A stretch of DNA of 54,360 nt from Chthoniobacterales bacterium (GTDB taxonomy: Bacteria; Verrucomicrobiota; Verrucomicrobiia; Chthoniobacterales; JBKEAD01): assembly GCA_047971915.1 (NCBI GenBank), contig JBKEAD010000057.1:1-54360 (forward strand). Reading direction: 5' to 3'. Every line of letters starts with the position of its first letter. Position 1 is the first letter of the stretch. Below the pieces are notes generated by a model. The model was not told the origin of the DNA. It saw only the letters and a list, made by a program, of their open reading frames with translations, and searched no databases. Shown here in pieces: positions 42,383-50,808 of this stretch. A program made the translations under genes and the position numbers.

Positions 42383-45079
42383 TTATTCGGAACGGATCTG
42401 GTATATCTCGCCAGCTGCCTTACGAGAAGCCTCAATCATCTCTTGATAAGGCGTATCCGTGATGCTCAGAAATCCGATGCGGTGGTTTTCACCATCCAGA
42501 AAACGCCCCGTCGTCGGCTCATCCACCAGCGCAAACCAATGCGTGCCGACCAACTGTGGATTCCTAGCCGCCCCCGTTACGTAGCTGAAATACAAATCAG
42601 CACACTCCTGCGTCGTATCCGCCTTCACCAGACCGGCTCCAAAAACTCCCCGATCCGTCGAAGCAAAATGAAATTCTCCAATGATGACGGGCTTATCAAT
42701 CGCTGCCGCCGGCTTCCACGCCGCCACGCTTTCACGATAGATATTAAAGGAAACCACATCACAATACTCCGCTGCGATTGCCACAACCCGTGCGTTGTGA
42801 TCTGCAAAACGGCAGCCAAGATAAAGTTTATTTGGCGCAACTTCCTTCATCACCTTTCGAACGGTTTCAAAATACTTCCGTGCAATTTTTGCGGTAAATT
42901 CGCGCAGATCCTGCGTTCCCGCCGAGGTCTTTGGCAGGGTCTTTTCGCTCGTCACCGCGTCCCAGTCTGCAAACGACGTTCCCCATGCCGCGTTGAGTTT
43001 TTCCGCCGTTTCATATTTGGCTTTCAGATCCTTCACCAGCTCGACCTTTGCCGGATTGCTGGCATTTCCCGCCATCGCAGCGATTCCCTGCGTGTCGTCC
43101 GCCCGCCAAGTCAGTTCATTATCTACAAAATATCCGATGCAAAATGGATCGTTCACCGTGTCCTTGACCATGCGAAGCGCCCCCGCACGAAGGTTTTCCT
43201 CAAAATCCGAGGCGAAAGGATCCGGAATGGGATTTCTCGTAGCCGGTTGCCACGGCAACTTTTTACTATGGTAAAAGACCCAGTGCGTATAGGGAATTTT
43301 ATCCATCTTCAGAATTTCGATATCCGACCAATTCGCAATCGTGTTGAACCCCCAATTCATCAGCCGCTGCGGCATCAGCTCGCGCCAAGTCTGTAACCAA
43401 GAATCACCATATTTACGCTTCAGATTGGCCGCATAAAAATCAAATATCTTCGGACTGCCGCCCTCGTAGTCTCCATGTTTTACAAGCCTAGCCTCATCGA
43501 CAAATTCCGAAAACTCATTTCCTTTTTCCCAGGGCGCATCCGCAAACCATCCCTCGCGCTTGTCGATCGGCGTCCCCCCCCTATTGACCTGCACCACGTC
43601 CATACCCAATGAAAAAAAGAGGTGTCCGGACGGATCGACGAGAAACCATTTGCCCTCCTGCTTGGTCGTGTAAAAACTCCCCGTCGCCTCAAGCTGCGGC
43701 CCGTCCGCCCAGCCACCATATTCATTCCAGTGCTTCGGACGCGGAAAGTCATGCAGACTCTCCGCCTCCTGTTGACGGATTTTCTCCAAGTCCTCATTCG
43801 TCTTTATTTTATTCAACCAATCCTTATGCCGATACTGCCCGTATTGGTCGATGAAAGGAAAAAACGGCTCGGGAATCACCTGCGCCGATGCGTCAAACTC
43901 ACCGGCAGCCCTGATCCCATTGATCGTAAAATTGACCGGACGCGACGGGCGATTCTCATAGATGTTAATGCTAATCACGTTAGCCGGATCGAGCATCGAA
44001 CCATACGGCTGCCGAATCCCCCAGGGCGTAAACTGCATTCCCTCCAGCTTTTTGCGCAAATCCTCCGCAAAATAGCGGTCAAAATGAACAATCAGCATTC
44101 CACGCTCGCCCGGATCCAACGCGAGCTTACCACCATTCGAATTCATCTTGCTGCTGGCACCCGGATTGTCCACCCGACTCATTAGCTGAATCGATTCCTC
44201 ACTATCGTTTGTAATGTCAAATTCGATTCGCGTAAACCGCTCAAGATTCCAATTCCCCTTGGCTGCGCTGAAAGTAATGTTCGGGTAAGGCTTCGACGCA
44301 CCAAAGCGAACCTCCAACGCCTTACCACCCTCTTTTTCCACCACCTTGTATTCCGAATCGAGCGTCGAGATCCGCGCTGCCACATCCTTCTCATTAAAGG
44401 CAACTAAAACAGGATCGGAAGGCTCCTTGTTCACCGGTTCCTGCCGCCAGTCCCCTGTTTTCAACCGCTCCAAAAGTTTCTCCGAAGGTGCCCCAAAAGC
44501 CTCCACACTCTGCACCACAACACTCGTTTCTTTTTCCGGTTTGTTCACAAAAATGTGAAACGCCGCAATCTCTGCCGGATTGATCGGATAAGCCGGCATT
44601 TTTATATTTCCACCCTCACCGAAAAGCACCTCAATCGTTTTCGTCTCTCCAGCTGCGATCTCTTTTGCCCCCGTATTCCAAGGTTTCTGTCCGGGCTTCT
44701 CCGGATTATCTACCCGCAACGCCACCTTCGCAGACTCCGTTCCGACGTTTGTAACCGTCGCACGCACGCCACCAAATTTCGACAAATCCCACACCCGCTC
44801 ATCCGAAGGCCCAAAAGCCGCATCCGGATATTTATGCCCCGTTCCAAAATCTATCCGCAACGCCTCGCCCCCTTCCACCACCGAAACCTTCGCCTCCCGC
44901 GTTTTAATTTTCGACACATCAAAATTTTTACCAATCCTCAAAAGCGATTCAGGCCTTGGCTCCGCACCCGCAGCATCCTCAGCCCAAAGCTTCGGACTAT
45001 TTAAAAAAACACATGCAGCCGCGAAACCACAAATACCAAGTCTAACAAAATTGTGCAAAACGGGGAGGTTTATAAACAT
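42383..45079 (-). CDS. secreted glycoside hydrolase, clan GH-A-like TIM barrel (possibly GH50/agarase-like) with two tandem N-terminal beta-sandwich modules
   Basis: 898 aa with a signal-like N-terminus. Duplicated modules lie at about aa 46-200 and 225-395. The candidate acid/base motif is YFVDNELTW and the candidate nucleophile motif is VIIGEFHF. The family assignment comes from memory only. Confidence 0.55.
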   Translation of the reverse strand: MFINLPVLHNFVRLGICGFAAACVFLNSPKLWAEDAAGAEPRPESLLRIGKNFDVSKIKTREAKVSVVEGGEALRIDFGTGHKYPDAAFGPSDERVWDLSKFGGVRATVTNVGTESAKVALRVDNPEKPGQKPWNTGAKEIAAGETKTIEVLFGEGGNIKMPAYPINPAEIAAFHIFVNKPEKETSVVVQSVEAFGAPSEKLLERLKTGDWRQEPVNKEPSDPVLVAFNEKDVAARISTLDSEYKVVEKEGGKALEVRFGASKPYPNITFSAAKGNWNLERFTRIEFDITNDSEESIQLMSRVDNPGASSKMNSNGGKLALDPGERGMLIVHFDRYFAEDLRKKLEGMQFTPWGIRQPYGSMLDPANVISINIYENRPSRPVNFTINGIRAAGEFDASAQVIPEPFFPFIDQYGQYRHKDWLNKIKTNEDLEKIRQQEAESLHDFPRPKHWNEYGGWADGPQLEATGSFYTTKQEGKWFLVDPSGHLFFSLGMDVVQVNRGGTPIDKREGWFADAPWEKGNEFSEFVDEARLVKHGDYEGGSPKIFDFYAANLKRKYGDSWLQTWRELMPQRLMNWGFNTIANWSDIEILKMDKIPYTHWVFYHSKKLPWQPATRNPIPDPFASDFEENLRAGALRMVKDTVNDPFCIGYFVDNELTWRADDTQGIAAMAGNASNPAKVELVKDLKAKYETAEKLNAAWGTSFADWDAVTSEKTLPKTSAGTQDLREFTAKIARKYFETVRKVMKEVAPNKLYLGCRFADHNARVVAIAAEYCDVVSFNIYRESVAAWKPAAAIDKPVIIGEFHFASTDRGVFGAGLVKADTTQECADLYFSYVTGAARNPQLVGTHWFALVDEPTTGRFLDGENHRIGFLSITDTPYQEMIEASRKAAGEIYQIRSE

Positions 45080-45585
45080 AGAGATAGAAAATTTAAGATG
45101 ATTAAAGCTTAAATCAAATTATTTAGAAGGCTCTGTCAACCTTTTTCGATATTTAAAAAAAATCCGCTCTTACTGGATTTGTAATGTGCGAGCAGGTGAA
45201 GTCGATCGACTACCGTGCGAGGAAAATCAAAAAAGTCGGTATGGCAAAGAAAGAATTTTTGAACGAAGTTTTGTCAGTAATCGATGCCTGCATCTATCCC
45301 AAACCCGAACAAAGCACTGAGGCAAACTGACAAGTCAAAATTAAAAAAATTGTTCACAAAGTCGTGGGTGTGATTTTTTTTAAATTTATTGGAGGGCTTT
45401 GAGATAGGGTGATTCGTAAAAGAAGATCATTCAATATACATCGCACACTAGCGACGACGGTTTTGTGCTAAAATTACCGCGTTTTCTCACGATGTCATTT
45501 TTTTAAAAAAACCCTATTCTGCAAACAACTTCAGGTCCCCCGGACTTAGTTTTTGCTGAAAAAATCCACTCACCGAAATTTACAA

Positions 45586-46971
45586 ATGATAACAATCCAA
45601 CCCGAACTTCGCTCAAACGATCTCCAGAAAAAAATCGACCGCCTTTGGCAAGCCTCCGCCTCAAAAATTCTCTCCATCGACGCCGACGAAAAACCCGGCA
45701 GCGCGACTCCCGTCTTCACCATCCAAGGCAAATACACCGCCCGCGGCTGGACCGAGTGGACTCAGGGCTTCGTCTATGGCTCCGCTATTTTCCAATACGA
45801 CGCCACGGGCGATGATAAATTCCTAGAGCTTGGCCGCCGCCGCACGGTGGACAAAATGGCCCATCACATCACGCACATCGGCGTGCACGACCACGGCTTC
45901 AACAACGTAAGCACCTACGGCAACCTGCTCCGCCTAATGACCGAAGGAAAAATCTCCGAAAATGCACGCGAGCGCGAATTTTACGAACTCGCCCTCAAGT
46001 GCTCCGGTGCCGTGCAAGCCGCCCGTTGGACACCCATCTCCACGGGCGACGGCTACATTTATTCCTTCAATGGCCCACATTCGCTCTTCGCCGATACGAT
46101 TCGCTCCCTGCGTGCTCTGGCTGTTTCGCACTCCTTGGGGCACGTCCTCATGGGCGAAAAAGATCTTAAAATTTCGCTCCTCCAGCGTCTCATACAGCAC
46201 GCCCGTGCGACCTCGCAATTCGCCGTCTATTTTGGCGAGGGACGCGACGGCTACGACATCCGTGGCCGTGTCGCGCACGAAAGCATCTTTAATATCAACG
46301 ATGGGAATTACCGCTGCCCAAACTCCCAACAAGGCTACTCGCCCTTCACCACATGGACTCGCGGTCACTCCTGGGCCGCCTGCGGCTACCCTGAGCAACT
46401 CGAGTGGCTCGCAACTCTCGACGACTCCGAGCTGGAGCCCCTCGGCGGACGTGAAGAAATCGAAGCTCTCTTTTTAAAAACCGCCCGTGCCGTCTGCGAC
46501 TTCTACATCGAGCAAACCCCGACCGACGGCATCCCCTACTGGGACACCGGCGCACCTCAGCTCCACAAACTCGGCAACTACCTCGACCAACCCGCACAAA
46601 TCGAAAACGACTACGAACCTGTCGATAGCTCCGCCGCCGCCATCACGGCTCAGGGACTCCTGCGCCTCGGACATTACCTCAAAAAACGCGGCGACTCCGA
46701 TGCCGACAAATACTGGCAAGCCGGCCTCGCCGTCAGCGACACCGTCCTCGGCGACGCCTACATCAGCGACGACCCCGAGCACCAAGGCTTACTTTTGCAC
46801 TCCATCTATCACCACCCAAACGCCTGGGACTACATTCCCGAAGGCAGCAAAATCCCACGCGGCGAAGCCTGCATGTGGGGCGACTACCACGCCCGCGAAC
46901 TCGCACTCTATCTTCAACGCATCAACAACAACGAACCCTACTACACCTTCTTCGGAGGAATTAAATCATGA
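45586..46971 (+). CDS. six-hairpin glycosidase, GH88-like (unsaturated glucuronyl hydrolase-like), cytoplasmic
   Basis: The start was moved to the ATG at 45586; the tracked 45553 start is a TTG. 461 aa. It has WTEWTQGFVYGSA and GVHDHGFNN, reminiscent of the GH88 WTxGFW and HDxGF motifs. No signal peptide. Confidence 0.55.
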   Translation: MITIQPELRSNDLQKKIDRLWQASASKILSIDADEKPGSATPVFTIQGKYTARGWTEWTQGFVYGSAIFQYDATGDDKFLELGRRRTVDKMAHHITHIGVHDHGFNNVSTYGNLLRLMTEGKISENAREREFYELALKCSGAVQAARWTPISTGDGYIYSFNGPHSLFADTIRSLRALAVSHSLGHVLMGEKDLKISLLQRLIQHARATSQFAVYFGEGRDGYDIRGRVAHESIFNINDGNYRCPNSQQGYSPFTTWTRGHSWAACGYPEQLEWLATLDDSELEPLGGREEIEALFLKTARAVCDFYIEQTPTDGIPYWDTGAPQLHKLGNYLDQPAQIENDYEPVDSSAAAITAQGLLRLGHYLKKRGDSDADKYWQAGLAVSDTVLGDAYISDDPEHQGLLLHSIYHHPNAWDYIPEGSKIPRGEACMWGDYHARELALYLQRINNNEPYYTFFGGIKS

Positions 46972-47417
46972 TCGTATCTGACCTAAATAAAATCGAAGGC
47001 CGCCGCTACCCAGCACGTCGCCGCACCCAAAACATCGTCGGCGGAGTCGCCCCCGTTCAATGTGAAAACTTCGCTATGGGCAACGTCACGCTCGATCCAA
47101 AAGGCGGACAGGTCCCCTGGCATAATCAAGAACAAGAAGAAGTTTACTTCATCGTCGAAGGCACCGGAGAAATGTGCCTCGGAGAAGAAAAACAAACCGT
47201 CACCACCGGCCAAGCCGTCTTTATCCCATCCGGCGTTTTTCATCAGCTCACCAATATCGGCGACACGCCCCTCCGCATGATCTACTGCTACGGCCCCGCC
47301 GGAGATGTCGCCCACTGGCGGCAAGAACTCGACGGCACCCTCCCCAAAGAAGGTGTCGATGTCCCCGCACTACCCGCAGGCGCACAGCCACAATGCACGG
47401 ACAAGCCAAGCGAATAA
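46968..47417 (+). CDS. cupin domain protein
   Basis: 149 aa. Cupin motifs GGQVPWHNQEQEEVYFIVEGTG and GQAVFIPSGVFHQLTN. The start overlaps the upstream stop (ATGA). Confidence 0.75.
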   Translation: MIVSDLNKIEGRRYPARRRTQNIVGGVAPVQCENFAMGNVTLDPKGGQVPWHNQEQEEVYFIVEGTGEMCLGEEKQTVTTGQAVFIPSGVFHQLTNIGDTPLRMIYCYGPAGDVAHWRQELDGTLPKEGVDVPALPAGAQPQCTDKPSE

Positions 47418-47449
47418 AAAATCCACACACTCAACACAAAAAATAAATT

Positions 47450-48601
47450 ATGAAAAAAAGAACCGTAGGAATCATCATGAACGGCGTCACCGGACGCATG
47501 GGCTCCAACCAACACTACATCCGCTCCATCCTCGCCATCCGCGAGCAAGGCGGTGTGAAAATCAGTGATGACGAGGTCATCTGGCCCGAACCCGTCCTCG
47601 TCGGACGCAGCGAAGCCAAGCTGCAAAAACTCGCCGCAATGGACAAACTCGGCGTCCGCTACACCACCGACCTCGACGCGGAACTCGCCAAAGAAGAAAA
47701 CGTCATCTACTTCGACGCCCAAACCACAGGTCGCCGCGCCGAAGCCGTGAAAAAAGCCGTCGCACTCGGCAAGCATGTTTATTGCGAAAAACCCACGGCC
47801 GTCTCCACCGAAGTCGCACTCGAAATCTACGAAGCCGCCAAAAAAGCCGGCGTAAAAAATGGCGTCGTGCAAGACAAACTCTGGCTTCCCGGAATGCTGA
47901 AAATCAAACGCCTCAAAGAACAAGGTTTCTTTGGCGACATCCTCAGCGTCCGCGGTGAATTCGGCTACTGGGTCTTCGAAGGCACCAGCATCCCCGCCCA
48001 ACGCCCCTCGTGGAACTACCGCAAAGAAGACGACGGCGGCATCATCGTCGATATGCTCTGCCACTGGCGCTACGTCCTCGACAACCTCTTCGGAAATGTA
48101 AAAGCCGTAAGCTGTCTCGGCGCCACACACATCCCCGAGCGCATCGACGAATCCGGCAAACCCTATAAATGCACAGCCGACGACGCAGCCTACGCAACCT
48201 TCGAGCTAGACGGCGGCGTCATCGCCCACTTCAACTCCTCGTGGACCGTCCGCGTCCGCCGCGACGACCTCCTCACGCTCCAGATCGACGGCACCAAAGG
48301 CTCTGCCGTCGCCGGTCTCCGCGAATGCTGGATCCAGCACTACGGCAACACGCCTAAACCAACCTGGAACCCCGACATTGCTCAACCCATCGACTTCTAC
48401 GAAGGCTGGTCCAAAGTTCCCGAGCAAGAGGCCGCCGACAACGCCTTCAAAGTGCAGTGGGAAATGTTCCTACGCCACATCGTCCTCGACGAACCCTTCC
48501 CGTGGACGCTACTCGAAGGAGCCAAAGGCGTGCAACTCGCCGAAAAAGGCCTCGAAAGCTGGGAAAAACGCGCCTGGGTCGATGTTCCGAAATTAGCATA
48601 A
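47450..48601 (+). CDS. Gfo/Idh/MocA family NAD(P)-dependent oxidoreductase
   Basis: 383 aa. It has an N-terminal Rossmann motif [13 protein letters not shown], the EKP motif (VYCEKPTA), and a C-terminal alpha/beta domain. Confidence 0.9.
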   Translation: MKKRTVGIIMNGVTGRMGSNQHYIRSILAIREQGGVKISDDEVIWPEPVLVGRSEAKLQKLAAMDKLGVRYTTDLDAELAKEENVIYFDAQTTGRRAEAVKKAVALGKHVYCEKPTAVSTEVALEIYEAAKKAGVKNGVVQDKLWLPGMLKIKRLKEQGFFGDILSVRGEFGYWVFEGTSIPAQRPSWNYRKEDDGGIIVDMLCHWRYVLDNLFGNVKAVSCLGATHIPERIDESGKPYKCTADDAAYATFELDGGVIAHFNSSWTVRVRRDDLLTLQIDGTKGSAVAGLRECWIQHYGNTPKPTWNPDIAQPIDFYEGWSKVPEQEAADNAFKVQWEMFLRHIVLDEPFPWTLLEGAKGVQLAEKGLESWEKRAWVDVPKLA

Positions 48602-48661
48602 TCTGACGCCCAAATCAAAATTCACAAAATAAAAAGGTGGGGTTCTTTCGATGAAAGAATC

Positions 48662-48734
48662 GCCACGTGTGATGAGTAGCCGATATCCCCGCGGTCGTTT
48701 CCAGTCATTCTGTTAGAGTAACTGGAAAACGACC
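48662..48734 (-). repeat. intergenic element copy B (inverted relative to copy A) with a 13-bp hairpin
   Basis: gccacgtgtgat (48662-48673) and gtttccagtcattc (48697-48710) are the reverse complements of the copy A motifs, with a 23-nt spacing. The arms ggtcgtttccagt (48693-48705) and actggaaaacgacc (48721-48734) pair with a one-nt bulge. Confidence 0.6.
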
Positions 48735-48831
48735 CTACCTCGGGGAAGGCGCATTTTAACTCCGGGATGAAGCGTTTTTTCGAGGGAATATTAGGTTTTT
48801 TGGCTCGCAAGGTTCTGACAGGTCGTAGAGG

Positions 48832-49656
48832 ATGAACGCCATGAAATTTTTTGAGGGATGCACCGCATTAATTACAGGAGCCTCCGCCGGGCTTGGAGTC
48901 GAGTTTGCACGTCAGCTTGCGCCTTATGCAAACACACTTGTTTTAGTTGCACGACGGAATGACCGTTTGGAGCAGCTTCGTAGCGACCTTATGGAGCTTT
49001 TTCCCGAGCTGAAGGTTTTGGTTTATTCTGCGGATCTTTCGGATGAGTCGCAGCGCAGCGCATTTATAAACTGGTTGGGTGAAAATCATGTCGATGTGAA
49101 TTTTCTAATAAATAACGCCGGGCTTGGCGATCATGGTTCGTTTGCAGAGAGCGATTGGGAGCGGGTTCGTGCGATGTTGAATACCAATATCCATGCGCTG
49201 ACGCATTTGACCCATGCTCTTGTCCCTAGAATGCTGGCCGGAGATCGCGGAGCGGCGGTGCTCAATGTCAGCTCGGTTGCTGGTTTTTTCCCGCTTCCAA
49301 ATTTTTCGGTTTATAGTGCCACGAAGGCTTTTGTGACTAGCTTTAGTGAATCTTTGGCGATGGAGCTGAAGCCTCATGGAATCAGCGTGACGGCACTGTG
49401 CCCGGGTCCGGTGCCGACGGAGTTTTTTGAAGTTGCTTCGCGGGAAGGGGCGAAGGACCGCCAGCCGCACCATGAAAGCATGTCGCTCTTTGCTACGAGT
49501 CCGGCAGAAGTTGTTTACACGGGTTTGCGCGGGGTTATTCGTGAGCGAACGCGTGTTGTTCCTAATCCTTTGCTCTGCTTTGCGGTTGGCGCGGCACTTC
49601 TTGTTCCTTTTTTTATTACTCGTAAGATTTTATCGGCATCGGCTTCACGTTTTTAG
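48832..49656 (+). CDS. SDR family NAD(P)-dependent oxidoreductase with a C-terminal hydrophobic segment
   Basis: 274 aa. Motifs ALITGASAGLG, NNAG and YSATKAF, and a C-terminal LLCFAVGAALLVPFFI. Confidence 0.85.
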   Translation: MNAMKFFEGCTALITGASAGLGVEFARQLAPYANTLVLVARRNDRLEQLRSDLMELFPELKVLVYSADLSDESQRSAFINWLGENHVDVNFLINNAGLGDHGSFAESDWERVRAMLNTNIHALTHLTHALVPRMLAGDRGAAVLNVSSVAGFFPLPNFSVYSATKAFVTSFSESLAMELKPHGISVTALCPGPVPTEFFEVASREGAKDRQPHHESMSLFATSPAEVVYTGLRGVIRERTRVVPNPLLCFAVGAALLVPFFITRKILSASASRF

Positions 49657-49712
49657 GATGGGTGTTGACTTCTTGCAGACTTCTTAGCAGTTTTTTCGTG
49701 AAAAATTTCACA

Positions 49713-50747
49713 ATGCCGGAATCGATCGTTACAAACAATCCAACTCACAGGGTCATCAGCTCGCCAGAGGTTCGTTTTAAACAAGCTTTTGAGCAGGTCG
49801 GCTCGCAGTTGCAGGATGTGGAGCAGAGAATTCGAGAGCAAGCCGGCATGTTTGATACAGGGATCGAGCAGTATGTGGATTACGTTTGCTCAAAAGGTGG
49901 GAAGCGCCTGCGTCCAGCATTGGCTCTTTTGTCAGGCGGTGCTACGGGCCCTCTTCATTCGCACCATACGGATTTGGCGGTCATTGTAGAGTTGATCCAT
50001 GTCGCTTCGTTGGTGCATGACGACATTATGGACGAGGCTCACATTCGTCGGGAGCAACCCACAGCAAATGCCAAGTGGGGAAATGCTTTGAGTGTTTTGC
50101 TAGGGGATGTTTTGTTTTCGCACTCTTTGCGTTTGGCTACGGATTTTGATGATATCGAAATGTGTCGTCGTATTTCAAATGCCGCGGTGAATGTTTGTAG
50201 CGGCGAGGTTTTGCAAACGCGTCATCGCTTTGATCTCAAATTAGGTTTTCGCGATTATTATAAAATCATCGAGATGAAGACGGCTGCGCTTTTTGCCGCT
50301 GCTTGCGAACTAGGAGCCTACTTATCAGGTGCAGATAAAGAGACGACCCAAGCTCTAAAAACTTATGGTTTGAAACTCGGGACGGCCTATCAAATCTATG
50401 ACGACTGTGTGGACCTGATCGGTGATGAAGACGTGGCCGGCAAGACACTCGGCACCGATCTCGGTAAGGGAAAATTTACCCTACCGATCCTGCTCTTGCT
50501 TGAAAACGCCAACAGCAAAGATTTTGAAAAAATCAGTAATCTGCTGCTCCATAAAGGGAAATTTGATGTGGTATCCATGCGGAAATTCATCTTGGATGCA
50601 GGCACTTTGGAGACCTCTATCGAGCAAACAGAAAGTCTGTTGGCAGAAGCTCGCGAGGCGTTAAGCTGTTTTTCCGAAGATCCCTATAGCGACGGCCTAA
50701 TGGCCATCGTCGATTATGTGGATTCTTTAGTCGTATCTTTGAAGTAA
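49713..50747 (+). CDS. long-chain polyprenyl diphosphate synthase (IspB-like)
   Basis: The start was moved to the ATG at 49713; the tracked 49662 start is a TTG. 344 aa. It has the first DDxxD motif LVHDDIMDE and the second IYDDCVDLIGDE. Confidence 0.9.
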   Translation: MPESIVTNNPTHRVISSPEVRFKQAFEQVGSQLQDVEQRIREQAGMFDTGIEQYVDYVCSKGGKRLRPALALLSGGATGPLHSHHTDLAVIVELIHVASLVHDDIMDEAHIRREQPTANAKWGNALSVLLGDVLFSHSLRLATDFDDIEMCRRISNAAVNVCSGEVLQTRHRFDLKLGFRDYYKIIEMKTAALFAAACELGAYLSGADKETTQALKTYGLKLGTAYQIYDDCVDLIGDEDVAGKTLGTDLGKGKFTLPILLLLENANSKDFEKISNLLLHKGKFDVVSMRKFILDAGTLETSIEQTESLLAEAREALSCFSEDPYSDGLMAIVDYVDSLVVSLK

Positions 50748-50808
50748 TACCAAAAAAGGAGGAGGTAACCCCATCTCCCCCCTTTTTTCGCGCATGAAAC
50801 GAGGGAGT

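Noticed and set aside
41054-43396. Antisense ORFs of 205, 217 and 317 aa opposite the sulfatase and the GH.
   Set aside because: They are Arg-rich and low-complexity with no start context. They are explained by rarity of TTA, CTA and TCA codons in the sense genes.
46487-48130. Long alternative-frame ORFs (46487..46981 +, 47288..48130 -, 46474..46785 -, 47174..47446 +) inside the GH88-like, cupin and Gfo genes.
   Set aside because: This is the same compositional artefact: Pro/Thr/Ser/Arg-rich nonsense proteins. The annotated frames carry the family motifs.
48622-48810. A 62-aa minus-strand ORF in the spacer after the Gfo gene.
   Set aside because: It has no motifs or start context. It is occupied by the repeat and hairpin described in the findings, so it is more likely non-coding.
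50748-50808. A purine/pyrimidine tract (aaaaaaggaggaggtaaccccatctcccccctttttt) between convergent ispB-like and leuS that looked like a terminator.
   Set aside because: The arms are not complementary: ggaggagg would need cctcctcc, but the sequence has tctcccccc. It is not a convincing hairpin.
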